From: Macrostomum lignano
Lineage: Eukaryota
Assembly: GCA_002269645.1 (NCBI GenBank)
Contig: NIVC01004482.1
Span: 1 to 44,553 of the forward strand
Length of the DNA stretch: 44,553 nucleotides
Direction of reading: 5' to 3'
The notes beneath the pieces were generated by a model, which ran no database searches, had not been told where the DNA came from, and was given only the letters and a program-made list of their open reading frames with translations. The translations under genes and the position numbers were made by a program. Positions 1 to 12,372 of the stretch are shown here, in pieces (the first letter of the stretch is position 1; each line of letters starts with the position of its first letter).

Positions 1-235
1 GCAGCCCTAGGGACTGCCTTGAACACACGCGGGGACGAGTACCCTGGGTCGACTTGCGAGACAGCGTGAGGGGGGGGGGTCTGCGGCTGCCAGAGGCAAA
101 TAGAGGGTGCAGACCTCCCACCAGCCTTGACCTGCTGAAGATAGGGGCAGGCGTGAAGCATCGCAGACGCTTAGCCCATGGGCTAGTCTGTCTCATACTT
201 CACTGGCATGCTGAATACGCCTTCGCGTGCGGGAG

Positions 236-790
236 GTAATGATACGCCATAAAAGATAATGAGGCGCCATGGGAGGTAATGAGGCGCCATAGGAGTTAAT
301 GACACGCCATATAAGTTAATGAGACGCCATGGAGTTAATGACATGCCATATAAGTTAATGAGGTGCCATATAAGTTAATGAGACGCCATGGGAGTTAATG
401 ACATGCCATATAAGTTAATGAGGCGCCATGGGATTTAATGAGGCGCCATGGGAGTTAATGACACGCCATGGAAGTTAATGAGGCGCCATGGGAGTTAATA
501 AGGCGCCATGGGAGTTTATGACATGCCATGGGAGTTAATGACACACCATGGAAGTTAATGAGGCGCCATGGGAGTTAATGAGACCCAATGGGAGTTAGTG
601 AGGCGACATGGAAGCTAATGACGCGCCATGGGAATTAGAGGTTCAATAAGGAGTTAATGAGGCGCCATGAAGCTAATGACGCGCCTATCTATAGTGAGGT
701 TCTATGGGGAGTTAATGCATGAGGCGCCATAGGAATTAATGGAGTTCCGTGGGAGTTAGTAAAGCACTATGCGAGTTAATGAAGCGCCAT
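236..790 (+). repeat. 20-bp minisatellite, consensus GAGGCGCCATGGGAGTTAAT, roughly 27 degenerate copies
   Basis: Tandem units read directly; they degenerate toward 790. Confidence 0.95.
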
Positions 791-866
791 GGTAGTTGGG
801 TAGTTGGGTTAGTTGGGTTAGGGGGGACTTTAAATAACATATCCATTATATTCCAATGCTCCTCAG

Positions 867-2188
867 ACGGCCGCTGACCGAGTATCTGGACGGCCTGGCC
901 ATTCGTCTCGGCGCTGTTGGCGCCTGCGGTTGCTACCTCGGCCAGGAACCGAAGGCGCACGCTGTGCTGCTGTATGGCCTGGCCAGTTTGCCCAGCAACG
1001 CGCTGATGGCCTGCCAACCTGGGCACGAGTTCATGCTCTACCTGCTGCGCAAGCTGCCGCTCTACCTGGCCTGGCACGAGTCCAGCCAGGGCAGCGAGGC
1101 GGAGAGGCTGAGGCGCAGGCAGGGATTCCACGCCAGCAGGCTGACTGGTGAGTTCTCGGCGGCGCCAAGGACTTCTAAAATGGTTTCTAAGATCGAATTT
1201 TCTTAGCTTCTTTTCCTTCTTTTTCTTTTTTCTTTTCTTAGAGTCTGGTAAGCAAGCAAGAAAGAAAGGTTAGTTGAAATTTCTATGACAAAAACCAACA
1301 ATAGACATTTTCTTGATACTTTACTAGCAGTAAAAATAACAGAATATTACTATATAATATTTATTCCAGTATACATGTATTAGCACCAGATGATTATTTA
1401 AATCGGCTTTTACAATACTTTACATCAAAAGAATCAAAATGCTTGTTTGTTTAATTTTTTATATTATATTATTTAATTATAATTTAAGTAAAGTAATATC
1501 CTTGAAATATTACTTTATTTGTTTATTCAGTAAAATATTTTATATTACTTGTTTTATTAATGTTTGTCATATTATTGTTAACATTTTTTCTTAACTACTT
1601 AACTACATTCGAAATTGTCTTTCGAATTGCTTTATGAAGCTTGGCCATCTAATAATTTCCTATCAAACGAGAATATAACGAGAAACGCGAACTTCTAGTA
1701 GTCCTTGACTCAAACCGCCAGGCCCGGTCATGCTGCACCGCCTGCTCCGCCAGTACCAGCGCCAGCCGCCCTGCAATTGGCAGCTAGCCAAGTGTCGAGT
1801 GTGCCTAATGGAGCCGGAATACACAATGCCCTACACTGATCCCAGCCAGCTGAGCCGCATGCGCGAGCTGTGCGACACCGTTGCTAAGCAACCGGTCCGA
1901 GTGCCGCTGGTCAGACGGGCTCGCGTTGCCGAGTTCTGCTCCGAGCATCTGGAAGATATCCTGCTCAAATCGGCGTCCTCAGCGGATAGAACGTCGGAAA
2001 CGGACAACTGGGTGGTGGCCGAGCACGACTTTCTGCACCTGGCCTACACAACCTTGGACGCCGATAGCAGCGACTCAATTCTCAGCAGCAGCAGAACGAC
2101 GGACGGCGCATCTTCAGAGCAGCGTCAGTGGCTCAATCTGACTAGACTGATGTCGCAATTTCCAGGTCGAATCGATGTGCGTTTGTGA
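867..2188 (+). CDS. 3' part of a glycosyltransferase family 32 (DXD sugar-binding, SUR1/OCH1-like) gene; exons 867-1147 and 1722-2188
   Basis: Acceptor cctcAG|867, donor G|GTGAGT at 1148 (phase 1) and acceptor ccgccAG|1722 join in frame (G+GC=Gly). Motifs RPL, GQEPxAHAVLLYG, SNALMACQPGHEF, TGPVML and PEYxxP match the GT32 pattern as I recall it. The DXD-bearing exon is not seen and is probably upstream of the window. Confidence 0.7.
1166..1707. mobile_element. Old MITE-like insertion of the CAAGG...CCTTG family, filling the intron
   Basis: Left end CAAGGACTTCTAAAA matches the reverse complement of the right end, CAAGGACTACTAGAA. Termini are shared with 13524-14131. No intact TSD. Confidence 0.5.
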
Positions 2189-2594
2189 ATTCACTGTACA
2201 CTACATTTTGCATGTACAGTGCACACTGCCACTCGTGTTGAGTTCAAGGATTGCAAGGACTTCTAAAATGTACGGCTCGTACACATGCATAAGCAACAGA
2301 AATTGATGAGCCCTTGAAGTCGGCACAACAACCAATTTTTCGTCAGACTTGTTTAGTAGAGTAAAACAAACGCCGAAATACGAGTATATTGACCCCAAAA
2401 TCTACGTTGTATTTGGTGAAGACTCCTGCTAAGACAGTTTAAACTTCATTAGACCTATTAAAAAGTTGATACGCTCGTACAAATCCCCGTTTTATCTACC
2501 TCTCTCTCTCTTTATCCTGGGACCCTCCCACAAGATCGAAGGACAATATTGGCCAGTGGGCTGTGCGATTCACATCCATGAGAGCCACCCGCCG

Positions 2595-2755
2595 TCAGGG
2601 CCGCTGTACATCCTGTGTGAGCGCGTGTACGAGTATGAGTGCGCGCGCTGCGTAGTGTTAGCGCGCTTGCATGTGCTCATGAGTCAGCGGAATGGGCTGA
2701 ATTGCCGTCAGCGCTGGCTGTGGGACATGATGTCGCCGAAGGGATTGCGCCACGG
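2595..2755 (+). mobile_element. Diverged fragment of the SINE family at 20590 and 32625 (3' body only)
   Basis: tcagggccgctgtacatcctgtgtgag...gcgcgcttg...gagtcagcggaatgggc aligns by eye to the body of the 32625 copy. Confidence 0.55.
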
Positions 2756-4225
2756 TTTATTATATAAACCGGAGACCGACAACACAAGTAAAGTTCTAGC
2801 GAACAGTCGTTATTGAGTTCGCATATAAGAAAGTGATTTTATTGACAAGACCGATATAGATTTATCATTAGTTGTTATTTTTATTATCCAACCGTCGAAA
2901 CAGTGAAATAAATGAATTTATTATTGAATTTGAAGCAGGGACGAGTTTTAAATTTCTACATTTACATAAGATAACAAAACAGGTTTCGAACAGGACCGCT
3001 TAGTTAAAGCTGTCCAACATGCTACGGAATGCAGACAGCTGCCATTCCTACTCAAAGATAACTGGTGCAACAAGCGCCTATTGGTATACAATTAATGATA
3101 ATGAAAAAGGCAAATAAAATACATAATTTTCTGATGCTGCGTGTGTTCAGTCTGCCCCGACCTTGGCCGTTACTTTAGACACAGTACCTTGTTACGCTTA
3201 GTTAGCTACGAGTATATAGATAGGATATATACCTAGTAATAAATAGGGCACTGCAACTTATGCATTTTCAGAGTAAGAATGTAGTAAACGATATATATAG
3301 TAAATAATAAGTAGTTACAGCGACTGAAAAGCTGCCAATAGTGTATAGATAGCAATGCGACCATCTTATCGAACCTTCCAATTTCAAAACTAATAGCGTC
3401 AAGAAAAAACAGCATTATTAACCGACTACTATTATTAGTATTATTAAATAGAAATAAGAAAAAAACAAAACAAAATGCATGCAATGCCAAAACGAACTAA
3501 AACGGCTCTGAACTGAACAATTACAGGCCCATAAATAATAATAATAATAATAACAATAATAATAATAATAATGCATATTAATTACGAATTCAGCGCTCGC
3601 ACCGGAGTTGGCTATAGGGAAAAAACTTCAAGCCAAAAAGGGCACAGAACTGCAAAACCTCCAGCTTCTTCTGTCGCTTCTATACTGACAAAAACCAATA
3701 ACGCTCCAAATAATGAAATAAATAAATAAATAATCTATAATACCGATAAAAGTACAGCCCCAAAGTGTACGATAATAAACAGCGCAGGCCTTTAAACTCA
3801 TCTGATCTTTACTTATAGCGCCCGAATCGCTAATGAAACGCCTAGCTATAATAAATCATTTTAGAATCAGTTTTATTACTAACAACGAATTAATAAAATT
3901 TAAATCGAAAAAACACAGATTATCCAACGCCCCTTTTCACTGCTCACCTTCACTTAATATATACTTGTACTACTGGAAATTAAGCAAAATATAAAAAAAA
4001 GACAAATTTTCAAATTTCTGCCCTAAAGCATACCTGCTCAGGACTATAAAATTAGCTTGTTTTGGGGGGTAGATGGGTTAAAAACAATGTTACATTCATT
4101 TAAACTGTAGCTCGTCTCTTACCACTCAGTTGCAACTGCATGTGACCAAGGACCGGACAAAATAACAGTCGCCCCAGTTCTCTTTAACTATTCCTCTTAA
4201 TAATTGTCTTTGCTTACTGAGCCAT

Positions 4226-4706
4226 TCAAGCATTATCCGGACACTCGCGAGCAAAATGACCGGGCTTGTTGCACTTGTAGCAGGTGGACTCGGCCTGGGG
4301 CTGGTCGCAGTCGCGGGCCATATGGCCCTCGCCATTGCAACGGTAGCAGCGCATTCCGTACCCGCCGCCGCCGCCGCCGCCGCCGCGACCTCCACCGCGG
4401 CCGTAGCCGCCGCCGCCGCCGCCGCGCGTAGCCGCCACCGCCGAAACCACCGCGGCCGCCACCGCCGCCGCCAGGGCTCTCGGTGCACTCGCGAGCGAAA
4501 TGGCCGGGTTGGCCGCAGTTGTAGCAAGAGCCGCCTCCGCCGCCGCCGCCGCCGCCGCCACCACCACGGTAGCCTCCGCCGCCGCCGCCGCCACCGCCAC
4601 GGTAGCCTCCGCCGCCACCGCCACGGTAGCCTCCGCCGCCCTGCGGACACTCGCGCGAAAAGTGACCGGGCTTGCCACAGTTATAGCATGCGCCACCAGA
4701 GCTCAT
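4226..4706 (-). CDS. CNBP: CNBP-like CCHC zinc-knuckle/RGG protein, copy A (4 knuckles, about 159 aa if the +1 frameshift at 4427 is corrected)
   Basis: ORF 4706 gives MSSGG, 2 CCHC knuckles and Gly/RGG linkers. ORF 4696 frame gives 2 more CCHC knuckles ending PDNA*, the same ending as copy B. The frames join at a single extra base in TAC-G-CGC-GGC. Confidence 0.85.
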
Positions 4707-5166
4707 ACTCGTTCGCTTTCTCGCTCTCTCACAATACTTTCAAATAAATATCAATCAAATCTTCTCGCAACTGTTTCGCTTACGCTCGCACCAATAGCTC
4801 TGCACGGCCTCGCGACCCTGGACATGCATATACAGGCTAAGCTCATTAGAAAGCACTTTGGTGTAATTTTGTGCGCTTACTACTAGTACTATCTTAGGTA
4901 TTTATTCTAGTCTCTAGAAAATCTACGCAGACCGGATTGTATGGATAAAAGGCGAGAGTAAACATCACTTCAGTGAAAGATCAATGACTCAGCTCTTCTG
5001 AAGTCTACCTTCGATTCAAGCTGAGAGTTCGTACGAGATCAAAGCATGATTCAGACGTTTGCTACCATGACGGGAACACACGGAAAATCTGATGCAGGCC
5101 TACGAGAATTCTCCGCCATATATTTGACCGACGGCCCCGAATAACTCGTAAGGAGCGACAGCTACT

Positions 5167-5715
5167 ATGGAGAAGGCGCCAGCTACAGAGGGGGCGCCAG
5201 TTACAAAGGGGGCGCTAGTTACAGAGGATGTGCAAGTTACAGAGGGGGCGCCAGCTACAGAGGGGCGCCAGTTACAGAGGGGGCGCCAGATACAGAGACG
5301 GCGCCAGTTACATAGGGGCGTCAGCTACAGATGGGGCGCCAGCTACAGAAATACCAGCTACAGAGGAAGCGCCAGCTACAGAGGCGCCAGCTACGGAAGA
5401 AGCGCCAGCTACGGAAGAAACGCCAGCTACGGAAGAAGCGCCAGCTTCAGAGGAGGCGCCAGCTACAGAGGAGCGCAAGCTGCAGATGAGGCGCCAGCTA
5501 CGGAAGAAGCGCCAGCTACAGAGGAGGCGCCAGCTACGGAAGAAGCGCCAGCTACAGAGGAGGCGCCAGCTACGGAAGAAGCGCCAGCTACAGAGGAGCG
5601 CAAGCTGCAGATGAGGCGCCAGCTACGGAAGAAGCGCCAGCTACAGAGGAGCGCAAGCTGCAGATGAGGCGCCAGCTACGGAAGAAGCGCCAGTTACAGA
5701 GGGGCGCAAGCTACG
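5167..5715 (+). repeat. 18-bp tandem repeat (GAG GAG GCG CCA GCT ACA/ACG) encoding EEAPAT-like repeats, with frameshifting variant units
   Basis: About 30 units read directly; ORFs 5167 and 5228 switch frame within the array. Confidence 0.9.
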
Positions 5716-6519
5716 ATTAGATTTATACTAATTTAAACCAACAGTTTCACTAACAAAAATAATTAAATTTAAATCAGAACACTCCAAATACCGGAGTAAT
5801 TTGATTTTAAATTGTCTTTCTTCATTAGTTTATTTGGTTTCAAGGCTTAGCTTTTCAATAAGTTGAGTAGTGCAGTACTAAGAATATACTCGTAAAAGAG
5901 AGTAAGATAATAAAAACAGAATGAGTTTTAACTTACAAAAAGGCCGTAGCTCATGAGCTAGACATGCCCGAGTCAACATTAACTAATAAGAGCCACACAC
6001 ACTAATTTCTGCCTTAAACAAACAACGCCCAATTAAAACATGGGAAGCAAACTATTAAACAGTCAGTCAATAAGATCGTAACAGATGTAGAAATCTTAAC
6101 AAATGTAGAAAGAAAACAATAACACGAACAGCAGCGTGTTGAAAAATCCTTATTGAAGAAAGGATAAAATACAAATACTTAGTTCATTCCAATTAAATTA
6201 GATTGGTATGTATCCCGCTAGTTTATCAATGGGATTTTTTGGCTTACAATCTTTAGGAGAGACATCAATAATGGGTTACATAGTTAGTTTTGCTAACTGT
6301 CAATATGTACTAAAAACTTTCAAAAGAAGTCAGTCATTAAGGCAGCTTTCGAGCTGTTCTAAAATCTCATTGCTCTTACATGCATTATTGTTACTAGTTC
6401 GGAGCTCATTGTCCGTTTTCGCCGCCGCAACTTATATAAAATCGCTACAATACAGAGCTAATTCTTACTAATTTATAAAAAAGTTTCATTACATAAGAAG
6501 CCTTCAGGAAAAACTCCCC

Positions 6520-7113
6520 TCAGGCGTTGTCCGGGCAGTCGCGAGCTATGTGACCGGGCTTGTTGCACCGGTAGCAGGTGGTCTCAGCCTGTGGCCTGTC
6601 GCAATCGCGAGAGATATGACCAATGCCATTGCAACGATAGCAGCGCGGCCCGCCGCCGCCGCCTCCGCGTCCACCACGACCGCGACTAAAGCCGCCGCCT
6701 CCGAAGCCGCCTCTGCCGTCGGGACCGTCGGGGCATTCGCGAGCAAAGTGACCCGGACGACCACAGTTGTAGCAGGCGCCGCCGCCACCGCCGCCGCCGC
6801 CGCCACCGAAGCCAGGGCCGCCAGGGCTATCAGTGCAGTCGCGGGCATAGTGACCTGGGCGGCCACAATTGTAGCAGGTGCCGCCACCGCCACCGCCTCC
6901 GCCTCCGCCACCGCCTCCGCCAGGCATCTCCGTGCACTCGCGGGCAAAGTGACCTGGACGGCCGCAGTTGTAGCAGGCGCTGCCACCGCCGCCGCCGCCG
7001 CGACCACCACGGAAGCCACCGCGGCCTCCACCGCCACCACCGCCACCCTGAGGACACTCGCGCGCAAAGTGGCCTGGCTTGCCACAGTTGTAACAATCAC
7101 CACCGGAACTCAT
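6520..7113 (-). CDS. CNBP: CNBP-like protein, copy B (197 aa, 6 CCHC knuckles with Gly/RGG linkers), intronless CDS
   Basis: Six CX2CX4HX4C motifs, RGG tracts, MSSGG start, PDNA stop. Confidence 0.92.
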   Translation of the reverse strand: MSSGGDCYNCGKPGHFARECPQGGGGGGGGRGGFRGGRGGGGGGSACYNCGRPGHFARECTEMPGGGGGGGGGGGGGGTCYNCGRPGHYARDCTDSPGGPGFGGGGGGGGGGACYNCGRPGHFARECPDGPDGRGGFGGGGFSRGRGGRGGGGGGPRCYRCNGIGHISRDCDRPQAETTCYRCNKPGHIARDCPDNA

Positions 7114-9567
7114 TCTTCCAAGGTGTTTTACTTTCTTGTCCTTCCCCTGACCGTTTTAAATATCGCTCACTGCACTCACGCTCACACTTCTCTCTCCTCA
7201 CTAACAACCTAGGGTGCTCTTGGCACAGGAAAGGTAAAGAAACAAATGCTAAGACTATTGTTATCTGGGTTTTCTAATAGTCAACATTAAAGACAAGGAA
7301 GACAGTGAATACAATACATTGAAGACAACAAATGGCATTTGGAAACAGAGTACTACTAAAGGACAAATCACATTAAAATGATTGGGAAGATTGGCAGCAA
7401 GGATATTTGAGAAAAAGCTTAATCTGTTTTAGCTTTACACACATTTATAGGAACTTGAAATTTAATTAACCACTATAAAGCCAATAAGTATTTCTAATAA
7501 TAACAATTTTAGTACTTGCTTTACCTAGTGCTAAGCAATGTTATTTACTCTTCATTTTATTATCTAAATGATCAAATGTAAGTTTGATAATGAATAAAAG
7601 CTTATCATAATGAGTCATTAAAAATAATAAAAGCATTAAGAATTCTAATTTTTAGCAAATTAGAACAAATGGTTTTAATTGACTTAATAATTTTAAACAT
7701 TTTAAAGAAAAGTATTATAAATTAAAATAAGAGATAATGAATTTGCTTAAAAATATTAAAATGAATTTTTTTCAAATATACTATACTTTTTCCAAAGTAG
7801 TTTTTCAATTTTTCTATCTTATTCTTAGTAATATTCCTAATTAAAAACTTATTTACCATAGGCTACTAGCTGTTAAAGCCTTAGAAAATTGGTCAAGCTT
7901 AGTATTATAATAAATATATAAAACTTTGAGATTTATCTATATCTATTTCTATTGACATATATGCATATAAGTTGCTATTAGACAAAAAACTATCATAATT
8001 ATCTTATCAAATAGCAACTTATGTTTATCATCAATAGAATTAAGTTAAATTATTTTTATATATATGATAATTATAATACAACTAAAAGTATATATATATT
8101 AGATTTTTTTCAAGGCCTACACATTTGACATTTAGAACAATTGGCATATAAATTATTAAACATATAAATACAGGACATATATTTAACAAACATTTAATTT
8201 AGACATGCTATACAGTATGTTAGGACTATATCTATGACAATCTAAAAGATTTAAGACTAATGCATTTACACACTTTTTGTAGCATATTTAATATATATAT
8301 ATATATATATATATAGGCTAAATATATAGCTACAGTCTATGGAATATATATCTAAAAAATATCCAGACCTAAATCCCTAATTTTCTTTGCAACTTTGCAT
8401 TGTTTTATTTTTATTAATATTTATAATATTTGTAATATTTAAATGGTCAATAAGGCCTATACTACAGAAAGAAAATATAATTAGGCAAAGATACTGCCCT
8501 AGGTCTAAGATTATGTAGCCATAGGCCTAGTCCATTATTTATGAGTAACCTATATATGTCTATGATTCATTGTCATTGACATCAACAGCACAATTCAACT
8601 ATGCAATTCATATTAGGTGATTTAGGTCTAGCTTGTTAAATTGAAAGACTTGTTACAAGCTACAGTACAAAATATGTAACACATTTATTGCAATACATTT
8701 ATTACAATAGATGGTAAGACACGCCCCTTAATCGTTAATTGGTGCATCTGGAGTCACGTGACAATTTGAATAGGCCTAAAGAGATGGTAGTAATATGGAA
8801 TTACACAGCATATTGACAGTATGGATATTTAAAGTTGTTTGAGCGTGAGCACTGAAAACATGTTCCACAGCGTATAATAAGCCCCAGTTAATAATAATAA
8901 AAAAAGTTGCGCATGCACGATATTAATACACACTGTGCCGGAAGCGTTGTTGCACGATAATTCTGAAATAAATAAAACTTAAATTCGCGGTGCATACTGA
9001 TCAAAGCAATCTATATATTAGAAAAACAAATCTGCCTAGCTAATTATTATACTATAAGTTCTTCATTGATTTGCTTCATTAAAATTAATAAAATACGTTA
9101 AATTCGTTTTAAAACTTTTCTTAAAGCTTTCTAAAGAGATAAAATAAAGCGTTGGTACAAATTTCAACGTTTGTAAACTAAATTTTTTAAATCTAATTTT
9201 TAATTTTTGATCGATTAGAGAAAAACTGCTCAACCGATTTTCTTCGAACTCTTATTTACTTTTTACTGCGTGGGTTCAGTTCAGTTGTGAGTTAAGGACA
9301 TGGTCATAACTACAAGATATTCATGATTTTCGATTATTTGAATATGTCGATTTTTTTAATGCCCTTTTTTATTTCTTTTTACTCACCTAGATGTTTATTT
9401 TAATTATGATTCTCTGGTGATCTCCGTCTTTAAAGTCTCCTAAAGTTTTTTAGTATTATTTATGTATTCAAATTAGAAAAATGAAGCAGAGCCATTAAAA
9501 ATAAAAAGCAATTATAGTTGTTAAATTACGCATTATTTGTTTTTCAGCCTGGCCGATGTCCTGACAC

Positions 9568-9983
9568 ATGGATTCCATTGTCTACAAAAATGATTCTACA
9601 GGTCCACATTCATTATTACAAGAAAAGTGGCAGTATCATTCTCGCCAGTCAGAACACACAGAAAAATGTCCGAGGTTATTATTAGACGATGGAGTTAAGA
9701 GACAACGCTGTTTCGTGTGTGGAATTGAGCTAGCTAGTGAGAAGTACGTCGAACACATTCAGAGTGCGGCTCACCGAATAAACTTACAGCGATTAGGTGG
9801 CGGCGGCGATGGCGCCCACACCAACGCTAAAGACGACGCTGAGAAGGCTGAAATGAGCTCTGCCGTTGCAGAATACCACAGTAGTGGAGGCTACCGGGGT
9901 TACAATGACAATGATTTCGAGGCTAGAAATGCTGAAGGAGAAGCTGAGTATTATGGCTCCCTTTGGAAAACTGCGAAGTCCCT

Positions 9984-10029
<46 letters not shown>

Positions 10030-12341
10030 ATGCTGGAGCATCCACGCACGGACGCTCTGCTCGCAGAAGCCTTGGCTCAGCTGGCGAGACTGCGCGCCGA
10101 ACGGGCCGGACGGGGAGAGAAAGCCGAGAGAAACGCTCGTAGCTTCTCTTGGCGATACCGCAATGAGCTCGAGGCGGAAGTGGAGCCGGTAGAGGCCGCT
10201 GAGTCAAGCCGGAGCAACGACGATAGAAGTAGCAACCGGCGGCGACGGCAGCGAGAGCGCTGCGACAGCGCCACGGAGACGGAGACCTTGATAGTGACCC
10301 CGCTGGAGACCTGCCGGACCGATGCTACGGGCGCCGAATTGTTGCTGCACCGCTCGGCTCGGGACGTCCCCAGCCAAGAAACGACGATGCGGCAAACACG
10401 TGACGCTGCTGTGGCCACTGAGACGGACCTCGAGACGGCGACCTCTTCGGCAGCGACAAAACAACTGTCGGTACCAGCAGCGGTTGAAGTCAAGGAGGAA
10501 AAACCTACCGCCGACCGTTTCGACTTTGCCAGCCAGATGCCGACGCCTCGTCTGGCTGCGTCAACCGACTCGGAGGTGGCCGCCATCAACGGCTTGGCGG
10601 ACGCGGCAGTTCAGAAGGAGGCGGAGGAGGAGGCAGAGGTGAGCGACCGGACAGCCTCTCCGCTGCCGCATCGCAGCCGGGAGGTGGAGCGAATGCAGGC
10701 TGCCCTGGAGCTGTCTCTGCAGGCCGACCAAGTTGACGACGTGATCGGTGAAGTTGACGATCGAATTGCCGATCTGCGCCGGCAGGTTGAGGCTTTGAAC
10801 GAGCAGATCGCGGCGGAGGAGGCCGTGCGTGAAGAGGTACGATCTGTAGGCATTCAGAGCCACTGTTATTGAGCATATTGACAGCTACATGTGATCAAGA
10901 TAAAGCAACTGTACATACTTGTTTCCCCGACTAATATTGCAGCTGCAACAAAAGCGACTAGAAATTCTGCAGCGCAGAGTGGACGTTCTGAGAGGTGAGT
11001 GAAAGCTGCGAGTATTTTTCATGACAGCACCAAGGACTGCTCAATTTGGACGGGAAACTACGTTTCTTAGATATAGGCTATAGAATTAACATAGAATCCT
11101 ATTTTTCCTAACAAAAATCTCTACACGAATAGCAATACAGCTACGAGTATAAGCTAAAAGGCAAGTCATATCAAAACATAAACATTGAGTCCGCCTGCTA
11201 TCAAAAGCAGTGACAAATCTAGTGCTGAAAAAAGGAAAACCTCCATTCTCCGTGTTGTATTTTTTTCAATAAGAAATCTGCATATTCTAGGAAAAATATA
11301 AATTTCCAAGTAACGTAGTTTCCTGTCCTTCTTGAGTAGTCCTTCGACCGGATTCCCTTGACAGCCATCCCCATCTTATCAAACTACTGAACCTGTTCCT
11401 TGTCTCCCAATTTCAGGTTGCTTCGAGTTGCCTGTACTTAATGGAGGCGAACCCTCTTCGGCGAGGTTTGCACGCGACGACTTCTGTGAAACTGAAAACG
11501 CTGCGTCGCCTTCGCCACCGCCGCCGCCGCAGCAGCAGCAGCAGTCGTTCCCCGCCGATTTTGAAACGGATGCAGAGACCGGCCAATCCGGCAGCGAGGT
11601 GCAGCGTCAGTCGCTGGTACACCGCGTCCTACTTGACGACTCTGAAGCCTCGGCAGCTAACGGAGGCGGCCCCCTGGCGGTGGACTCACCCAGAGATGCC
11701 GATCTCATCCAGCAAACCCTCGATCGACTATCGGCGCTTTCGCAGCCGCCACCGCCGCCTTCAAAGCAAGTTCAACAAGGCCGGCGTCGGCCGCGAAAGC
11801 AATGCCAGCCCGCGGAGCCGGAGTTGCCGCCGGCCGAGGTGCTCAGCGACGTCTTGTCGGCGGCGCCGCGCGAACCGCCAAGTCGACCTGCATCGGCTGC
11901 TGCACTCGCCGGCGACGATGGCAAGGCGCGCATCAGCCGCCGCACCGCCTCAGAGACACGGCTTCCGATCGACGAGGCCTGCGCAGGCCGCGGCAGCAGC
12001 AACGTTAATAACTCAACAAGTCACCGACGCCCCCGACGCCGGCGGGTCAGCAGCGGGCGCTCCCAGCGCGACGATCCGGCGTTCGCGGCGGCTTTGCGTG
12101 AGTATTTGCACGCCACGAGCGGCAGCGGCTCGACTTCGTCAGACGCCGATGCTGAAAGCTCCGCCGATCGTCCGTCGAAGCGGCCAATCCGACTGGACGC
12201 TCATCCAGGAGCTCCAGTACTCAGCGCCGTCAGTCACAACGGGCTGCTCTACACCGGCTCGGCTAGCGGCACCGGCGCTGTTCTCTGCCTGGCAACGCGG
12301 CGACGTCTGGCCGACTTTCACTGCGGAGACGACGAGCGCGA

Positions 12342-12372
<31 letters not shown>

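Noticed and set aside
1-239. Open frame 3-239 with a phase-compatible donor GGAG|GTAAT at 236 as an upstream exon of the GT32 gene; the 20-bp array starts at, and once repeats, this donor-like sequence
   Set aside because: It lacks the DXD motif expected just before RPL in GT32 proteins. Phase agreement has a one-in-three chance, and the donor-like motif is simply part of the repeat unit. Left unresolved.
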